A stretch of DNA of 44,128 nucleotides from the IMG/VR virus record IMGVR_UViG_3300025646_000087, positions 1 to 44,128 of that record; one strand, written 5' to 3'. Shown piece by piece: positions 9,398-18,003 of this stretch. The notes under the pieces were generated by a model, which made no database searches, was not told where the DNA came from, and saw nothing but the letters and a program-made list of their open reading frames with translations. Position 1 is the first letter of the stretch. Each line of letters opens with the position of its first letter. This stretch comes from a virus (lineage: Duplodnaviria > Caudoviricetes). The translations under genes were made by a program, and so were the position numbers.

Positions 9398-10342
9398 TTA
9401 AATATCGCGATAATTATCGTAAAGAGGCTTATCTACTGAGCCTCCACTTTTTTTATTTAATCTCTCTAGTTCTTCTAAAATAGCATCCAATTGTTCTTTG
9501 CTTGGATTGGTTAAAGTTTTTTGTTTATACGTAACTTTGTTGCCAAATTTTGATTGAGGTATGAATAGTTTTATTTTTTCTGTACCTTTATCAAAATCAA
9601 TTACTTCTTCAAAATAAGGTCTTGGTCTAAATTCGTCAAGTTTTTCAAAAGTACCAAATCTTTCTGCAATATCTTTATCTCTTAGCAAAGCTCTTGCTAG
9701 AGTATTATCTCCAGATCTAAAATCTTTTGGTAATTTATTTATATCAAGCAAGTCTTTATAAAAATCTATTTTATCGCTATCTAAAATTTCATACTTACCT
9801 TTTAAAGGAATGTTGTCATCTGCATATAAAGCAAGTCTTTCTTTAAATGGAATTGTTTGAATATAATCTAATATTTCTTCTCTAGTTACATTTTCAAAAT
9901 CAGCTGACGTTGGTTTTGCTAAATTTCTTTTACCAAGATTAAAATCTTCAATTGCTTTTGCGATATCTTCTTGACTTGCAAGTTGCTTGCCTTTTCCGGA
10001 TGCTTCTAAATAAAGTCTTTCAGCTTCGGCTGGATTTTTTATTTTTAAAGTCTTTCTAATCTGTTCAGCCTCAGCAATATCGCCTTTAGCTCCAGATCTG
10101 AATAAAGAAGCTATACGCTGATGTTTTAAAAGTTCTTGACCAAGTTCTTTTAATCCAAGTTGTAAGCCTTTACCAGGAGGACCACCCATCGCAATAAATG
10201 GATCGCCTCTCAGCGTTTCATCTGCTCTAGAAAAAAAATCAGATAAGTTTTTTAATACCGGATCAGTTATAGGTTTTTTTTGAAGCTCTAGTTCTTCTAA
10301 GCCTGTTATCGGTTCAATACGATATCTTTCTAGATCAGCCAT
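9398..10342 (-). CDS. Hypothetical protein (late operon)
   Basis: 314 aa ORF tightly packed; C-terminal KKSGGSVDKPLY. Confidence 0.65.
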   Translation of the reverse strand: MADLERYRIEPITGLEELELQKKPITDPVLKNLSDFFSRADETLRGDPFIAMGGPPGKGLQLGLKELGQELLKHQRIASLFRSGAKGDIAEAEQIRKTLKIKNPAEAERLYLEASGKGKQLASQEDIAKAIEDFNLGKRNLAKPTSADFENVTREEILDYIQTIPFKERLALYADDNIPLKGKYEILDSDKIDFYKDLLDINKLPKDFRSGDNTLARALLRDKDIAERFGTFEKLDEFRPRPYFEEVIDFDKGTEKIKLFIPQSKFGNKVTYKQKTLTNPSKEQLDAILEELERLNKKSGGSVDKPLYDNYRDI

Positions 10343-10343
10343 C

Positions 10344-10958
10344 TTAGCCGAGAGCAGCTAACTCAGAATCGATACTTGGTCCTTGCAACATTTCGATAAC
10401 TGCTTGGAATACTGCAGCGATATCTTCGTCGTCTAGTCCCATTTGCTTGAGCATACCAATAACTTGTTCTTCGGTTGCTCCTTGTTGAATCATTTGAACG
10501 ACTTGCTGAACGATTTGATCTAAAGGTGCAGCTTCTTGGCTAACGCTTTGAATGCTCATCAAGCTTTCTTGAATATCGTCACCTTCTGGCTCCATTTCCA
10601 TTTCCATTTCAGCTTCGCCGCCTTCTGCAAAAGTTTCAAAGGGTAAGTTGCTAGTAATTCTTCCAGCCTCTCCACCCAAATCTCTCGCCATTCCTAAACT
10701 TGGATATTTACCAGTTTTATCAATAAATTTTTTCTTCATTTCTTTTGGAAGATATGTATCAATCATCATTTCTTTATCGCCCATCTGAGCCATCATTTGA
10801 ACTCTTTTATTATCGATCTCGTTGATTCGATCGTTTAGTTCAAGAGCTTTGCGCATATCTTTGTTCTTAACAGCAAATTCCATATCAACACGTAGCTGAT
10901 CTGCTAACGCGCCTAAACTAAAAATTTTGCCGCCTAAAGTTTGATCTATTCCTGGCAT
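10344..10958 (-). CDS. Hypothetical protein, acidic C-terminal half
   Basis: 204 aa; FAEGG motif separates a mixed-charge N half from an acidic C half. Confidence 0.65.
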   Translation of the reverse strand: MPGIDQTLGGKIFSLGALADQLRVDMEFAVKNKDMRKALELNDRINEIDNKRVQMMAQMGDKEMMIDTYLPKEMKKKFIDKTGKYPSLGMARDLGGEAGRITSNLPFETFAEGGEAEMEMEMEPEGDDIQESLMSIQSVSQEAAPLDQIVQQVVQMIQQGATEEQVIGMLKQMGLDDEDIAAVFQAVIEMLQGPSIDSELAALG

Positions 10959-10959
10959 T

Positions 10960-12309
10960 TTATCGTAATCCTTTTAATTGCATTTGTATCATATCAATTG
11001 GGCCGCCGTATGCAAAGGCAAAACGGTTAAATGGCTGTATTGGTAAATTTGGTCTAGTTTGTACTGGCATTCTTGGCGCAGTAGTTGGAATCGTTCTAGG
11101 TGGTTGCGAAACTATCGGACTAACTGATCTTGGCGCTGGTTCAGTAGGTAAAGGCTTAAACCGTTGTACTAATCCGCTGATACCGCCTGTTTCAGTAGGA
11201 GGGGGTAAGTCAACACGCGGACTATAAAATTTACCACCTGGTTCGTAAAGTCCTGGAGATCCGCCAGCATATAACTTACCATCTGAAGGAGGAGCTGAAG
11301 GAGTCGGAGCTAGCGGAGTCATTTCTACTGGCGGTTGATATATTTTAAAATCTTCTGGCTTGCCGCCGCCCGCAGTTACTCTCCCATATAAATCTTGAAT
11401 CCCTTGTTGAATGGCATCCCCACCTGGCATCATACTTACAGCAGCATCTATTCTTTCTTGATCGCGTAAATACGAATCAAAAGGTGTAGCAGGTTGTTCG
11501 CTAATAACTGCTGGAACTTCTGCAGCCTTTTGTCCTAACGCAGAGATTTGGGCTTGCAAGTCGGCTATTGTCGACTCCCTCTCACCCAATAAACTTTGTC
11601 TCTCAGAAAGCAACGATTGCTTTTGGGATTCAAGCGCCTGCGCTTGTTCTTCTGCAGCTTGAGCTCTTATTACATCTTGTTTTGCTATCGCTTGATCTCT
11701 TTCTGCGGTAACGTTGGCAAGCGCTTGATTGATTTCGTTAATCTGACCTTCGTAACCACTCGTCACTTGTTGCAACTTTTCGGCAGCTCTTGCTTCGGCT
11801 GCGGCAACGGCGTTGACGCCTCTGGCTTCTGCTTCGGCAACGGCTTGCTGAAGTTCAGATTGTAATCTTGCTTGCTGTTCGTTAAGCGCTTGAATTTTTT
11901 CTTCACTTAACTGCTGACGAATAACGTCTTGCATTTCGATAGCGTCGTTTCTCTCGACGAGTAAACCTTGCTTGGCAGTTTCTAATTCTTGAATACTGCC
12001 TTGCAATTGATTGACTTGGTCTCCGTAATATCTTTCTACTTCTGCGGCTCTTGCGCCTAACGCTGCGCCGAAAGATTGAAAGTCACCCATACCAGCAGTT
12101 GTAGTATCAGTTGTAGTTGTAGTATCTTCCTGGCCGGAGGAATCCTGTTGTTCTTGTTCTGTAATTCTTGGGGGTGGCCCTCCGAAGAAATTAATATCCT
12201 GTAGGTAATTTACGGGCTCAAAGGATGGTAACTCAATAGGGCCTCTAACAGCCGAGCCCATCTCCGGTAGATTTAAAAATGAATAATCTGTTACGAAACC
12301 ATTTGCCAT
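10960..12309 (-). CDS. Coiled-coil, Pro-rich putative internal virion protein
   Basis: Start moved from 12348 to ATG 12309 (RBS AGGA; upstream is structured RNA); internal duplication ER..AI..QDVIR.Q..EE..QAL; C-terminal FAYGG. Confidence 0.65.
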   Translation of the reverse strand: MANGFVTDYSFLNLPEMGSAVRGPIELPSFEPVNYLQDINFFGGPPPRITEQEQQDSSGQEDTTTTTDTTTAGMGDFQSFGAALGARAAEVERYYGDQVNQLQGSIQELETAKQGLLVERNDAIEMQDVIRQQLSEEKIQALNEQQARLQSELQQAVAEAEARGVNAVAAAEARAAEKLQQVTSGYEGQINEINQALANVTAERDQAIAKQDVIRAQAAEEQAQALESQKQSLLSERQSLLGERESTIADLQAQISALGQKAAEVPAVISEQPATPFDSYLRDQERIDAAVSMMPGGDAIQQGIQDLYGRVTAGGGKPEDFKIYQPPVEMTPLAPTPSAPPSDGKLYAGGSPGLYEPGGKFYSPRVDLPPPTETGGISGLVQRFKPLPTEPAPRSVSPIVSQPPRTIPTTAPRMPVQTRPNLPIQPFNRFAFAYGGPIDMIQMQLKGLR

Positions 12310-12334
12310 ATATTTCCTACATATATTTTTAAGC

Positions 12335-12398
12335 AGCGAGTAAAGCAAAAGTCTTGGAGAAGATAGTATGAACGAAGTGCTAAATACTCTACTCGCTT
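12335..12398 (-). ncRNA. Structured leader/sRNA at the start of the late operon
   Basis: 12-bp stem AGCGAGUAGAGU/GCUUUACUCGCU (two G-U pairs, minus strand only); inner UCUU-CUCC-AAGA hairpin; starts at predicted +1 of the adjacent promoter. Confidence 0.6.
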
Positions 12399-12404
12399 GG
12401 GAAA

Positions 12405-12433
12405 ATGATAGCCGACTAAGGGATCCTTTACAA
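12405..12433 (-). promoter_or_regulatory. Sigma70-type promoter for late head operon
   Basis: TTGTAA-N17-TATCAT. Confidence 0.65.
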
Positions 12434-12589
12434 GCAAAGAATCAAAAGTTGAAAAATGCCTGAGTTTTTAACTATATTGTTGTCCTTTAGTTGTATGTGT
12501 AAGGATGTTATTTTGTTTTAGGGGGGTACCCGTCTCGCTTTTTATACTTATCTGTCCGACTTTACCGACCGAAAAGAATCATATACAGC

Positions 12590-12644
12590 CAACACGCGTA
12601 GCGTGTTGACCTTATTACTCTCGAGCGAACGAAGTGAGCGAGAG
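12590..12644. other. Tandem DNA hairpins, pas/ssi-like
   Basis: CAACACGC-GTA-GCGTGTTG and CTCTCG...CGAGAG enclosing GAGCGAACGAAGTGAGCGAG. Confidence 0.4.
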
Positions 12645-12685
12645 CGATTGGATAGGGCGGAATAGATCTATAGACTAAAATAGCA

Positions 12686-12721
12686 ATAAATACGGCTAGA
12701 TATAGATAAATATGGCTAGAT
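12686..12721. repeat. Direct repeat ATAAATAYGGCTAGAT x2, 20-bp period
   Basis: 12686-12701 and 12706-12721, partial copy following. Confidence 0.7.
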
Positions 12722-12822
12722 TTGGCTATAAATACCCCAGTATTTGCCTATATTTGCCCTTGTTTTGCCGTTTTTCTGTAGATTTTAGCCCTCTTACCTC
12801 TCCCCTACCCTAGCATTTAGAT

Positions 12823-12853
12823 AAAAAAAAGGGGGCTAAATGCCCCCTCTTTT
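12823..12853 (-). terminator. Rho-independent terminator, possibly bidirectional
   Basis: AGGGGGC/GCCCCCT stem with T8 on minus and CTTTT on plus; closes the 13842-12897 operon. Confidence 0.85.
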
Positions 12854-12896
12854 CCGTTCTTATCCTAATCTATTAACCAAAGGAAGATAGTTAGGA

Positions 12897-13118
12897 CTAA
12901 TACGGCAAACACTCATACTCCTTAGCCTGACATGCAGAGATAAATTTGACATCATCAAATCTAGGATTGCATGTTCGGAAGTAATCGCAGAGCTCACTTA
13001 CCAAGTCGCTTGAGTCAATCCACCTAGTCAGGTTTCTAGTATTAACCTCACTAGCATCTTCTCTCAGTTCAGAGATAATCTCGGCTATCGCTTTAAAGTC
13101 GCGTTTACTCATACTCAT
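12897..13118 (-). CDS. Small hypothetical early protein
   Basis: 73 aa; MSKRDF.AIA...NPRFD..KF..AC; RBS GAGGTG. Confidence 0.7.
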   Translation of the reverse strand: MSMSKRDFKAIAEIISELREDASEVNTRNLTRWIDSSDLVSELCDYFRTCNPRFDDVKFISACQAKEYECLPY

Positions 13119-13276
13119 ATCGCCACCTCTTTCTGAGCTTCGATCTCTTGGTCAAGCAGAGCCATTCCGTCCTGCCATACTCTATCAGCGTCGTCCATAC
13201 GATCGCATCTGATTAAGAAGATAGCCATTTCGATTTTGAACTTGGCTAACTCTAAGTTGGTTTTTTCCTTATCCAT
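13115..13276 (-). CDS. Small hypothetical protein (53 aa, not in ORF track)
   Basis: MDKEKTNLELAKFKIEMAIFLIRCDRMDDADRVWQDGMALLDQEIEAQKEVAI; RBS AAGGGGGTG; ATGA overlap with next gene. Confidence 0.7.
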   Translation of the reverse strand: MDKEKTNLELAKFKIEMAIFLIRCDRMDDADRVWQDGMALLDQEIEAQKEVAI

Positions 13277-13589
13277 TCTGCACCCCCTTAACCTTAGCAG
13301 TCAGAGTGACCTCGTAGCCCTCAGGCGAATAGATCGCGTCTAGTCTTTCCTCTAGCGTTTCAATCGCTGAGGTGTGGTCTTCGATCTGACTACTCATGTC
13401 GTCTAGATCGTAGCGATCTCTCACCCATTCTAGATCATCTACTGAGTTTTGAAGATCATCAACCTGAGAGCAGACACCCTCTAGATTGTATCGTCTAGCC
13501 AGTAGACTTTCGAGCACTCGCTCGACTTGCTCGTCAGTAGCTACGATCTGATTTAGACCAAGCCATTTTAATATCATCTGTTTAAACAT
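13269..13589 (-). CDS. Acidic coiled-coil hypothetical protein
   Basis: 106 aa, RBS AAGGGGGTG, overlaps neighbours. Confidence 0.7.
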   Translation of the reverse strand: MFKQMILKWLGLNQIVATDEQVERVLESLLARRYNLEGVCSQVDDLQNSVDDLEWVRDRYDLDDMSSQIEDHTSAIETLEERLDAIYSPEGYEVTLTAKVKGVQNG

Positions 13590-13842
13590 TTAGCACCCCC
13601 TTAATTGCTAACTCTGTTCTGTCTACGAATGACTGCAAAGTTTCAGATGGATTTGACGCCACGCTGACACGCTCCTCAGCGTTCCAAATGTGGCAAGTGA
13701 AAGTATTATCTCGATTAGACCAAAAAGCTCTATTGAAATTCAATACTTTGAATTCCTCACCTTGTCTGATCTGATCAGAAACAATATGACGACCGCTTAT
13801 TGCTGGGGGTTGTCTAAAACCAGCTCTTAAAATATCAAGCAT
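13582..13842 (-). CDS. Hypothetical early protein
   Basis: 86 aa, RBS AAGGAG, first gene after promoter. Confidence 0.7.
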   Translation of the reverse strand: MLDILRAGFRQPPAISGRHIVSDQIRQGEEFKVLNFNRAFWSNRDNTFTCHIWNAEERVSVASNPSETLQSFVDRTELAIKGVLNV

Positions 13843-13874
13843 TTGTAAACTCCTTTTGAAATGTTGATAAGAGA

Positions 13875-13905
13875 ATTATAAGCGATCTGTAGACAAATTG
13901 TCTAC
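13875..13905 (-). promoter_or_regulatory. Sigma70 promoter overlapped by a palindromic operator
   Basis: TAGACA-N18-TATAAT; GTAGACA-AAT-TGTCTAC at 13889-13905. Confidence 0.7.
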
Positions 13906-13988
13906 TGCTAATTTATTAAATAATTGGGGGCAGATCTTGGAGTTGCGATTGTCCAGATGACGACCTGATCGCTACCTGATCGCGATTT

Positions 13989-14032
<44 letters not shown>

Positions 14033-14083
14033 AATATATACCTGAATGTGTAAGGTGTGCTTTGTTATTTGATTGTAGAATGT

Positions 14084-14129
14084 TCCCGACTTCCCGACTT
14101 CCCGATTACCGACTGTTCCCGATTCCCGA
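14084..14129 (+). repeat. TCCCGA repeat cluster (5 copies)
   Basis: 14084, 14092, 14100, 14117, 14124. Confidence 0.85.
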
Positions 14130-14238
14130 TTTTTTCAAAAGTTTAGAAAGGAAAAGCCGGACAACAAAGGAAATGCTATTTTTTACCCCTTTATCCCCCC
14201 TTAAAGAATTGAAAGCGATTTTATCTGCTACTAGATGT

Positions 14239-14261
14239 AAAAAAGGGGGATTTCTCCCCCT
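14239..14261 (-). terminator. Rho-independent terminator
   Basis: AGGGGGA-GAAA-UCCCCCU plus U tract after 14285..14578. Confidence 0.85.
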
Positions 14262-14284
14262 ATCAACATTTAACGGAGTTTACG

Positions 14285-14578
14285 CTAAAAATTTAAAAGA
14301 ATATAACCGCCGTTATCAAGTGGTATTACTTGAGTATGAGCGTGTAAATCTTCCTCTGTTTTTATTCCTTCGTAGTTTTCCTTGATTTCTTCAAAGCTGT
14401 CATATTCTGACCATTCGCAACAAATGGCGATAGGATCAAATTCTATCTGTTCTCCCATTCCATCTTCTAATTCTTCGTAGAAATCAAAAAGAGCGTTTAA
14501 ACCATCATATGAAAAGTTTTCCGGTCTTAGCTTTCTAAAGGTATCTATAAATGTAGTTCTTGTAACTGTATCAAACAT
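14285..14578 (-). CDS. Highly acidic hypothetical early protein
   Basis: 97 aa; FSYDGL.ALFDF.EE...EFDPIAICCEWSEY. Confidence 0.75.
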   Translation of the reverse strand: MFDTVTRTTFIDTFRKLRPENFSYDGLNALFDFYEELEDGMGEQIEFDPIAICCEWSEYDSFEEIKENYEGIKTEEDLHAHTQVIPLDNGGYILLNF

Positions 14579-14579
14579 T

Positions 14580-14828
14580 TTAAACCCCCAATATTTTAGC
14601 TACTCTTTCAAGATCGCTAAGAGATAATTTATTGATAGCATCAGTATTAATAAGACTGCCATTTTGCCACGCTTGTAAGCCTTGACGATCTTTTAATTCA
14701 TTCCTAGCAAATATTGCTAGATCACTTTCACTTCCCGCTCTTTGTTTAACAAAGTTCTCAAGCGTTTTGTTATTCATCTCTAAGACTTTTTGCTTAGCTT
14801 GTTCTAAAGTTAGACTTTCCATTTTCAA
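14580..14828 (-). CDS. Hypothetical early protein
   Basis: 82 aa (or ATG 14822), RBS AAGGAG. Confidence 0.7.
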   Translation of the reverse strand: MKMESLTLEQAKQKVLEMNNKTLENFVKQRAGSESDLAIFARNELKDRQGLQAWQNGSLINTDAINKLSLSDLERVAKILGV

Positions 14829-14858
14829 CTCCTTTTAAATGTGAATTTCTATTCTTTT

Positions 14859-14935
14859 ATTATACTGACTTTTTTAAGATTGTATACATTTTGTAAAAAT
14901 AATTGTTGACTTTTTGTATACTTATAAAAGACAAT
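14859..14935. promoter_or_regulatory. Divergent promoter pair with two operator-like sites
   Basis: Minus TATACA-N16-TATAAT; plus TTGACT-N18-GACAAT; sites GTATACA-TTT-TGTAAAA (14882-14898) and GTTGACT-TTT-TGTATAC (14905-14921). Confidence 0.6.
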
Positions 14936-14960
14936 AAAACTTACATATATAGGAGTGTGT

Positions 14961-15254
14961 ATGGAATTAATAAAAACAGAGGTTGTAGACAGAAGTGCCT
15001 ACGATAAACCAAACATAGTTATCAAAGTGTATGAGCATATCCCCGATATCCCGAAACCAATTACTGATAAAGAGTGGGAAGATCATTTTGACAACTACGC
15101 TAATGGCGATTTTGTTCAAGGTAAATACTCTTACGAGGTTTACCGACAAGGGGAACTAGAGCCATTCTTTTCTGATAGCCATGACATATGGGATATCGAG
15201 AACGCCTTAAATTTAGCTTATCAAGACTTTGGCGATAAATGGGAGTGTGCATGA
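14961..15254 (+). CDS. Acidic hypothetical early protein
   Basis: ATG 14961 with RBS AGGAG; first gene of rightward early operon. Confidence 0.7.
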   Translation: MELIKTEVVDRSAYDKPNIVIKVYEHIPDIPKPITDKEWEDHFDNYANGDFVQGKYSYEVYRQGELEPFFSDSHDIWDIENALNLAYQDFGDKWECA

Positions 15255-15433
15255 AAACAAAAAAATTAAATAAAGCTGAACTTAATGTATTGGTTGCGGT
15301 TGTCGATCAAATAGCATCTTACAATTTTGCAATGAGAAACATACAAGAGTATGTGGAACACATGTTAACGCCAAAACAGATACATCTTTTACGCGAAAAA
15401 CTTGGATATCAATTAACAGAGATTTCAAGATGA
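15251..15433 (+). CDS. Hypothetical early protein
   Basis: ATG 15251, RBS GGAG, ATGA overlap. Confidence 0.65.
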   Translation: MKTKKLNKAELNVLVAVVDQIASYNFAMRNIQEYVEHMLTPKQIHLLREKLGYQLTEISR

Positions 15434-15648
15434 AACCGACATCAACTAACGGAGTGTGTTATATCGTTTCTGAAACTAGATCAAGGCGTGTATGGATTAA
15501 TACCGACTACCCGACTGAGAAATCCCGAAAGAAAGCAATAACCAAATTTTTTAACGAGAATGGGGAAGACACTTTTTCAACAAGTGCTACCTATTATTTA
15601 GCTAACCCAAATAAATTCAAACAAGGAGTGAATGATGATATTGATTAA
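15430..15648 (+). CDS. Hypothetical early protein
   Basis: 72 aa, ATGA overlap. Confidence 0.6.
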   Translation: MKPTSTNGVCYIVSETRSRRVWINTDYPTEKSRKKAITKFFNENGEDTFSTSATYYLANPNKFKQGVNDDID

Positions 15649-15889
15649 TTTTGGAATACAAGACGGCTCATGCGAATACAGAGAATGGGATTACGATACC
15701 AATTTCTCTAAAGCTGATTACGACAATGGCAAAGTTAAAGACTTTGATCTTTTACAAACTATGTATTGTGTAGATGAAGATGATCTTGATAGCAATGATA
15801 CATATTGGGCTGGAGATAAATTGGTATGGATTGAAAATGTTCAAGACATTGACCAATCTACCCTAGATATTCTAAGGAGATATGTCTAA
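15632..15889 (+). CDS. Acidic hypothetical early protein
   Basis: 85 aa, Asp-rich, RBS AAGGAG. Confidence 0.65.
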   Translation: MMILINFGIQDGSCEYREWDYDTNFSKADYDNGKVKDFDLLQTMYCVDEDDLDSNDTYWAGDKLVWIENVQDIDQSTLDILRRYV

Positions 15890-16416
15890 TGGACGCTATA
15901 GAAACAATTAAAACCAAAAGATTTATCGCTGATATTTATATTGATGATATGCCATATAGCCCTAGAGAAGATGACAATCTAGGAACGCTAATAGCATTTC
16001 ATTCTAGGTATGACTTATCAGATGACGATAGATGGACTAAAGAGGAATTGATAGAACATGTTGCAAAAGAAGATGTTTTATCTTTACCCGTTTATATGTA
16101 TGAACATTCGGGAGTAGCCCTATCTACTGAGCCATTTTCTTGTTCTTGGGATAGTGGGCAAGTAGGTTATATCTTTGTTTCTCATGCTGAGATTATTGAG
16201 TGCTACGGCAAACTAGATTTAGATACAGCTAAGAAGTGTTTAGAAACTGAGATAGACGAATACGGACTTTATCTTAACGGAGAGGTTTACGGCTATAAGG
16301 TATATCGCAAAGACGGAGAAGATGTTAATTCTTGTTGGGGATATATTGGCTACGATAATGCCGTATATGAAACTAATGTAGCACTAGCATGTGCTGAGGA
16401 GAACGAAGATGAGTAA
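15889..16416 (+). CDS. Acidic protein of a recurrent phage/mobile-element hypothetical family
   Basis: 175 aa; SPRE.DNLG, LPVYMYEHSG, WDSGQVGYI, LNGEVYGY, SCWGY motifs; RBS AAGGAG. Confidence 0.75.
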   Translation: MDAIETIKTKRFIADIYIDDMPYSPREDDNLGTLIAFHSRYDLSDDDRWTKEELIEHVAKEDVLSLPVYMYEHSGVALSTEPFSCSWDSGQVGYIFVSHAEIIECYGKLDLDTAKKCLETEIDEYGLYLNGEVYGYKVYRKDGEDVNSCWGYIGYDNAVYETNVALACAEENEDE

Positions 16417-16561
16417 TAAATGGAGATATGTTGTATGGGTTGGTGGTTGTGATGATTACTATACTGAATACGAGAGAGCCAAAGAGCATTATGATAAATG
16501 GATTGAGCAAGGATATGATGATGTGCATTTATTAAAACTAAAGGAGAACGAAGATGAGTAG
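16409..16561 (+). CDS. Small hypothetical protein (50 aa, not in ORF track)
   Basis: MSNKWRYVVWVGGCDDYYTEYERAKEHYDKWIEQGYDDVHLLKLKENEDE, starts in AGGAGAACGAAGATG repeat. Confidence 0.75.
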   Translation: MSNKWRYVVWVGGCDDYYTEYERAKEHYDKWIEQGYDDVHLLKLKENEDE

Positions 16562-16889
16562 CTATATCTCTGAAATTGTAGAAGAAGATGTTATTACTTG
16601 CGAATGTTGTAAAAAGAACTTTCTAACAAATGAAATTACTTTAGATGATTTCAATTTCGCGTGGGATAACTATACAACGATTGATTGTTGTTCTGATTGT
16701 GCAAGTAGCAATATGGAATGTTATGCGATTGATTTTGACAAAATGAATAATTCTCAAAAGTTATCCTTTGTTGCCGAAAGAAATGGATATGTTGAAGACG
16801 GAATAGGTTATTTAGATGACGGCAACGAATTCCGAGATGACAACGGACAAGCACTTTTTATTGATAACGAGGAGAACGAAGATGTCTGA
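16554..16889 (+). CDS. Acidic CxxC zinc-binding hypothetical protein
   Basis: CECC...CSDC; 111 aa. Confidence 0.7.
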   Translation: MSSYISEIVEEDVITCECCKKNFLTNEITLDDFNFAWDNYTTIDCCSDCASSNMECYAIDFDKMNNSQKLSFVAERNGYVEDGIGYLDDGNEFRDDNGQALFIDNEENEDV

Positions 16890-17001
16890 GAAAGAGATTA
16901 TAGAAGAATTAGTATTAATGATTACTTGCGATTATTGGGATTTAATTCCTGAACATCATCAAAAAATTATTGAACAACGATTACAAAAACTAGGTTTATA
17001 A
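16882..17001 (+). CDS. Small hypothetical protein (39 aa)
   Basis: Start moved to ATG 16882 within RBS repeat. Confidence 0.65.
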   Translation: MSEKEIIEELVLMITCDYWDLIPEHHQKIIEQRLQKLGL

Positions 17002-17012
17002 GGAGAACGAAG

Positions 17013-17216
17013 ATGAGCGTAATAACTAAACCAAAAATAAAAACTAAATCATGGACGGCAGTAATAACTTACTCCGTACTTGATATGGGCAGAGAGTGCG
17101 ATACTCAAGAAGAATATATTGAGATGGTAAAAGATCATTTCAGAGAAGAACATAATATCGAATTAACCGATAACGAGATAACCGATATTGAATTTGACGA
17201 GGTGGAATATGAGTAA
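17013..17216 (+). CDS. Acidic hypothetical protein
   Basis: 67 aa, RBS repeat. Confidence 0.7.
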   Translation: MSVITKPKIKTKSWTAVITYSVLDMGRECDTQEEYIEMVKDHFREEHNIELTDNEITDIEFDEVEYE

Positions 17217-17640
17217 GAAACCATACCTTAACTACGGCAATCTAGAATGGCATTTTGAACAAGACGATAAAACGCCACCTAGACAATTAGCTAATATCCC
17301 TTTGGGAGAACTAGACGAGCCAATTACTACAGGCAGAGAATTACTTGCCTATCTATCCAAATGTCTTAACAAAGACAGATATGCCTTTAGGAACAGAGGT
17401 AGAGGTAGTAGAAAACATGCTACAGGATTTATGAGAGATCTAACGATTGATCAAGCAGAAAGAGTAGCTATCTACTTTCAAGAAAAAGAAAGTGTTATTA
17501 AGAAAGAGATCTTTCAACGAAACCGGTGGAAAGACAGATACCAACTTAATGATGCTATCAGAGAACTATCAAGAAGACTTTACGAACATGCTCAAAAGTA
17601 TGGTGATGATGTTTTAATTTTACAAAAAAAGGAGAAGTGA
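17209..17640 (+). CDS. Basic hypothetical protein
   Basis: ATG 17209 with RBS GAGGTG; RNRGRGSRK motif. Confidence 0.7.
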   Translation: MSKKPYLNYGNLEWHFEQDDKTPPRQLANIPLGELDEPITTGRELLAYLSKCLNKDRYAFRNRGRGSRKHATGFMRDLTIDQAERVAIYFQEKESVIKKEIFQRNRWKDRYQLNDAIRELSRRLYEHAQKYGDDVLILQKKEK

Positions 17641-17840
17641 AAATGAAAGTATATAAAGTATATACAAAATGGGTTGGCTATTCTGAAATAATAGTTGATG
17701 CAGAAGATGAACAAGAAGCTAAAGATTTTGTAGCTATGGGAAGTTATGACCCTAGTGAAGAATTGCAAACAGGGAATGGTCTTGATTATGGCTATGAAGA
17801 TGAACAAGTTTATAAAATAGAGGAGATACCAAATGATTGA
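17637..17840 (+). CDS. Acidic hypothetical protein
   Basis: Start GTG 17637 or ATG 17643, RBS AAGGAG; VDAEDEQEA motif. Confidence 0.7.
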   Translation: MKMKVYKVYTKWVGYSEIIVDAEDEQEAKDFVAMGSYDPSEELQTGNGLDYGYEDEQVYKIEEIPND

Positions 17841-18003
17841 GAGAGTAACGAGTGCCTTACTAGATATGTATGACATACAAAATGCTTTAGATGAGAAAAC
17901 CAAAAACTTACCTAAAGACAATGACGGAACGGATATAACTATTGGTGATTGTATTGCTGATGTTATTAGCACTTTAAGGAGAATACAAAATGAAACTAAA
18001 TGA
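17833..18003 (+). CDS. Small hypothetical protein (56 aa, not in ORF track)
   Basis: MIERVTSALLDMYDIQNALDEKTKNLPKDNDGTDITIGDCIADVISTLRRIQNETK, RBS GAGGAG. Confidence 0.7.
   Translation: MIERVTSALLDMYDIQNALDEKTKNLPKDNDGTDITIGDCIADVISTLRRIQNETK

Larger units (their letters stand above)
16397..17015 (+). repeat. Four copies of RBS-start 15-mer AGGAGAACGAAGATG
   Basis: 16397, 16542, 16870, 17001. Confidence 0.9.

Noticed and set aside
282-11865. Plus-strand ORFs opposite head genes (282, 666, 1848, 2236, 2577, 3644, 4731, 7553, 8146, 8727, 8987, 11596) and out-of-frame 8353..8571
   Set aside because: Shadow frames of well-supported genes, no RBS or motifs
12310-12348. Longer TTG start of the 462-aa ORF
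   Set aside because: Lies in the RNA stem with no SD; ATG 12309 is better supported
14062-14385. 107-aa plus-strand ORF
   Set aside because: TTG start without SD; runs through TCCCGA repeats, a terminator and antisense to a real gene
16397-17015. Repeats as a CRISPR array
   Set aside because: 15-bp repeats with 116-313 bp intervals that are complete ORFs; no cas genes
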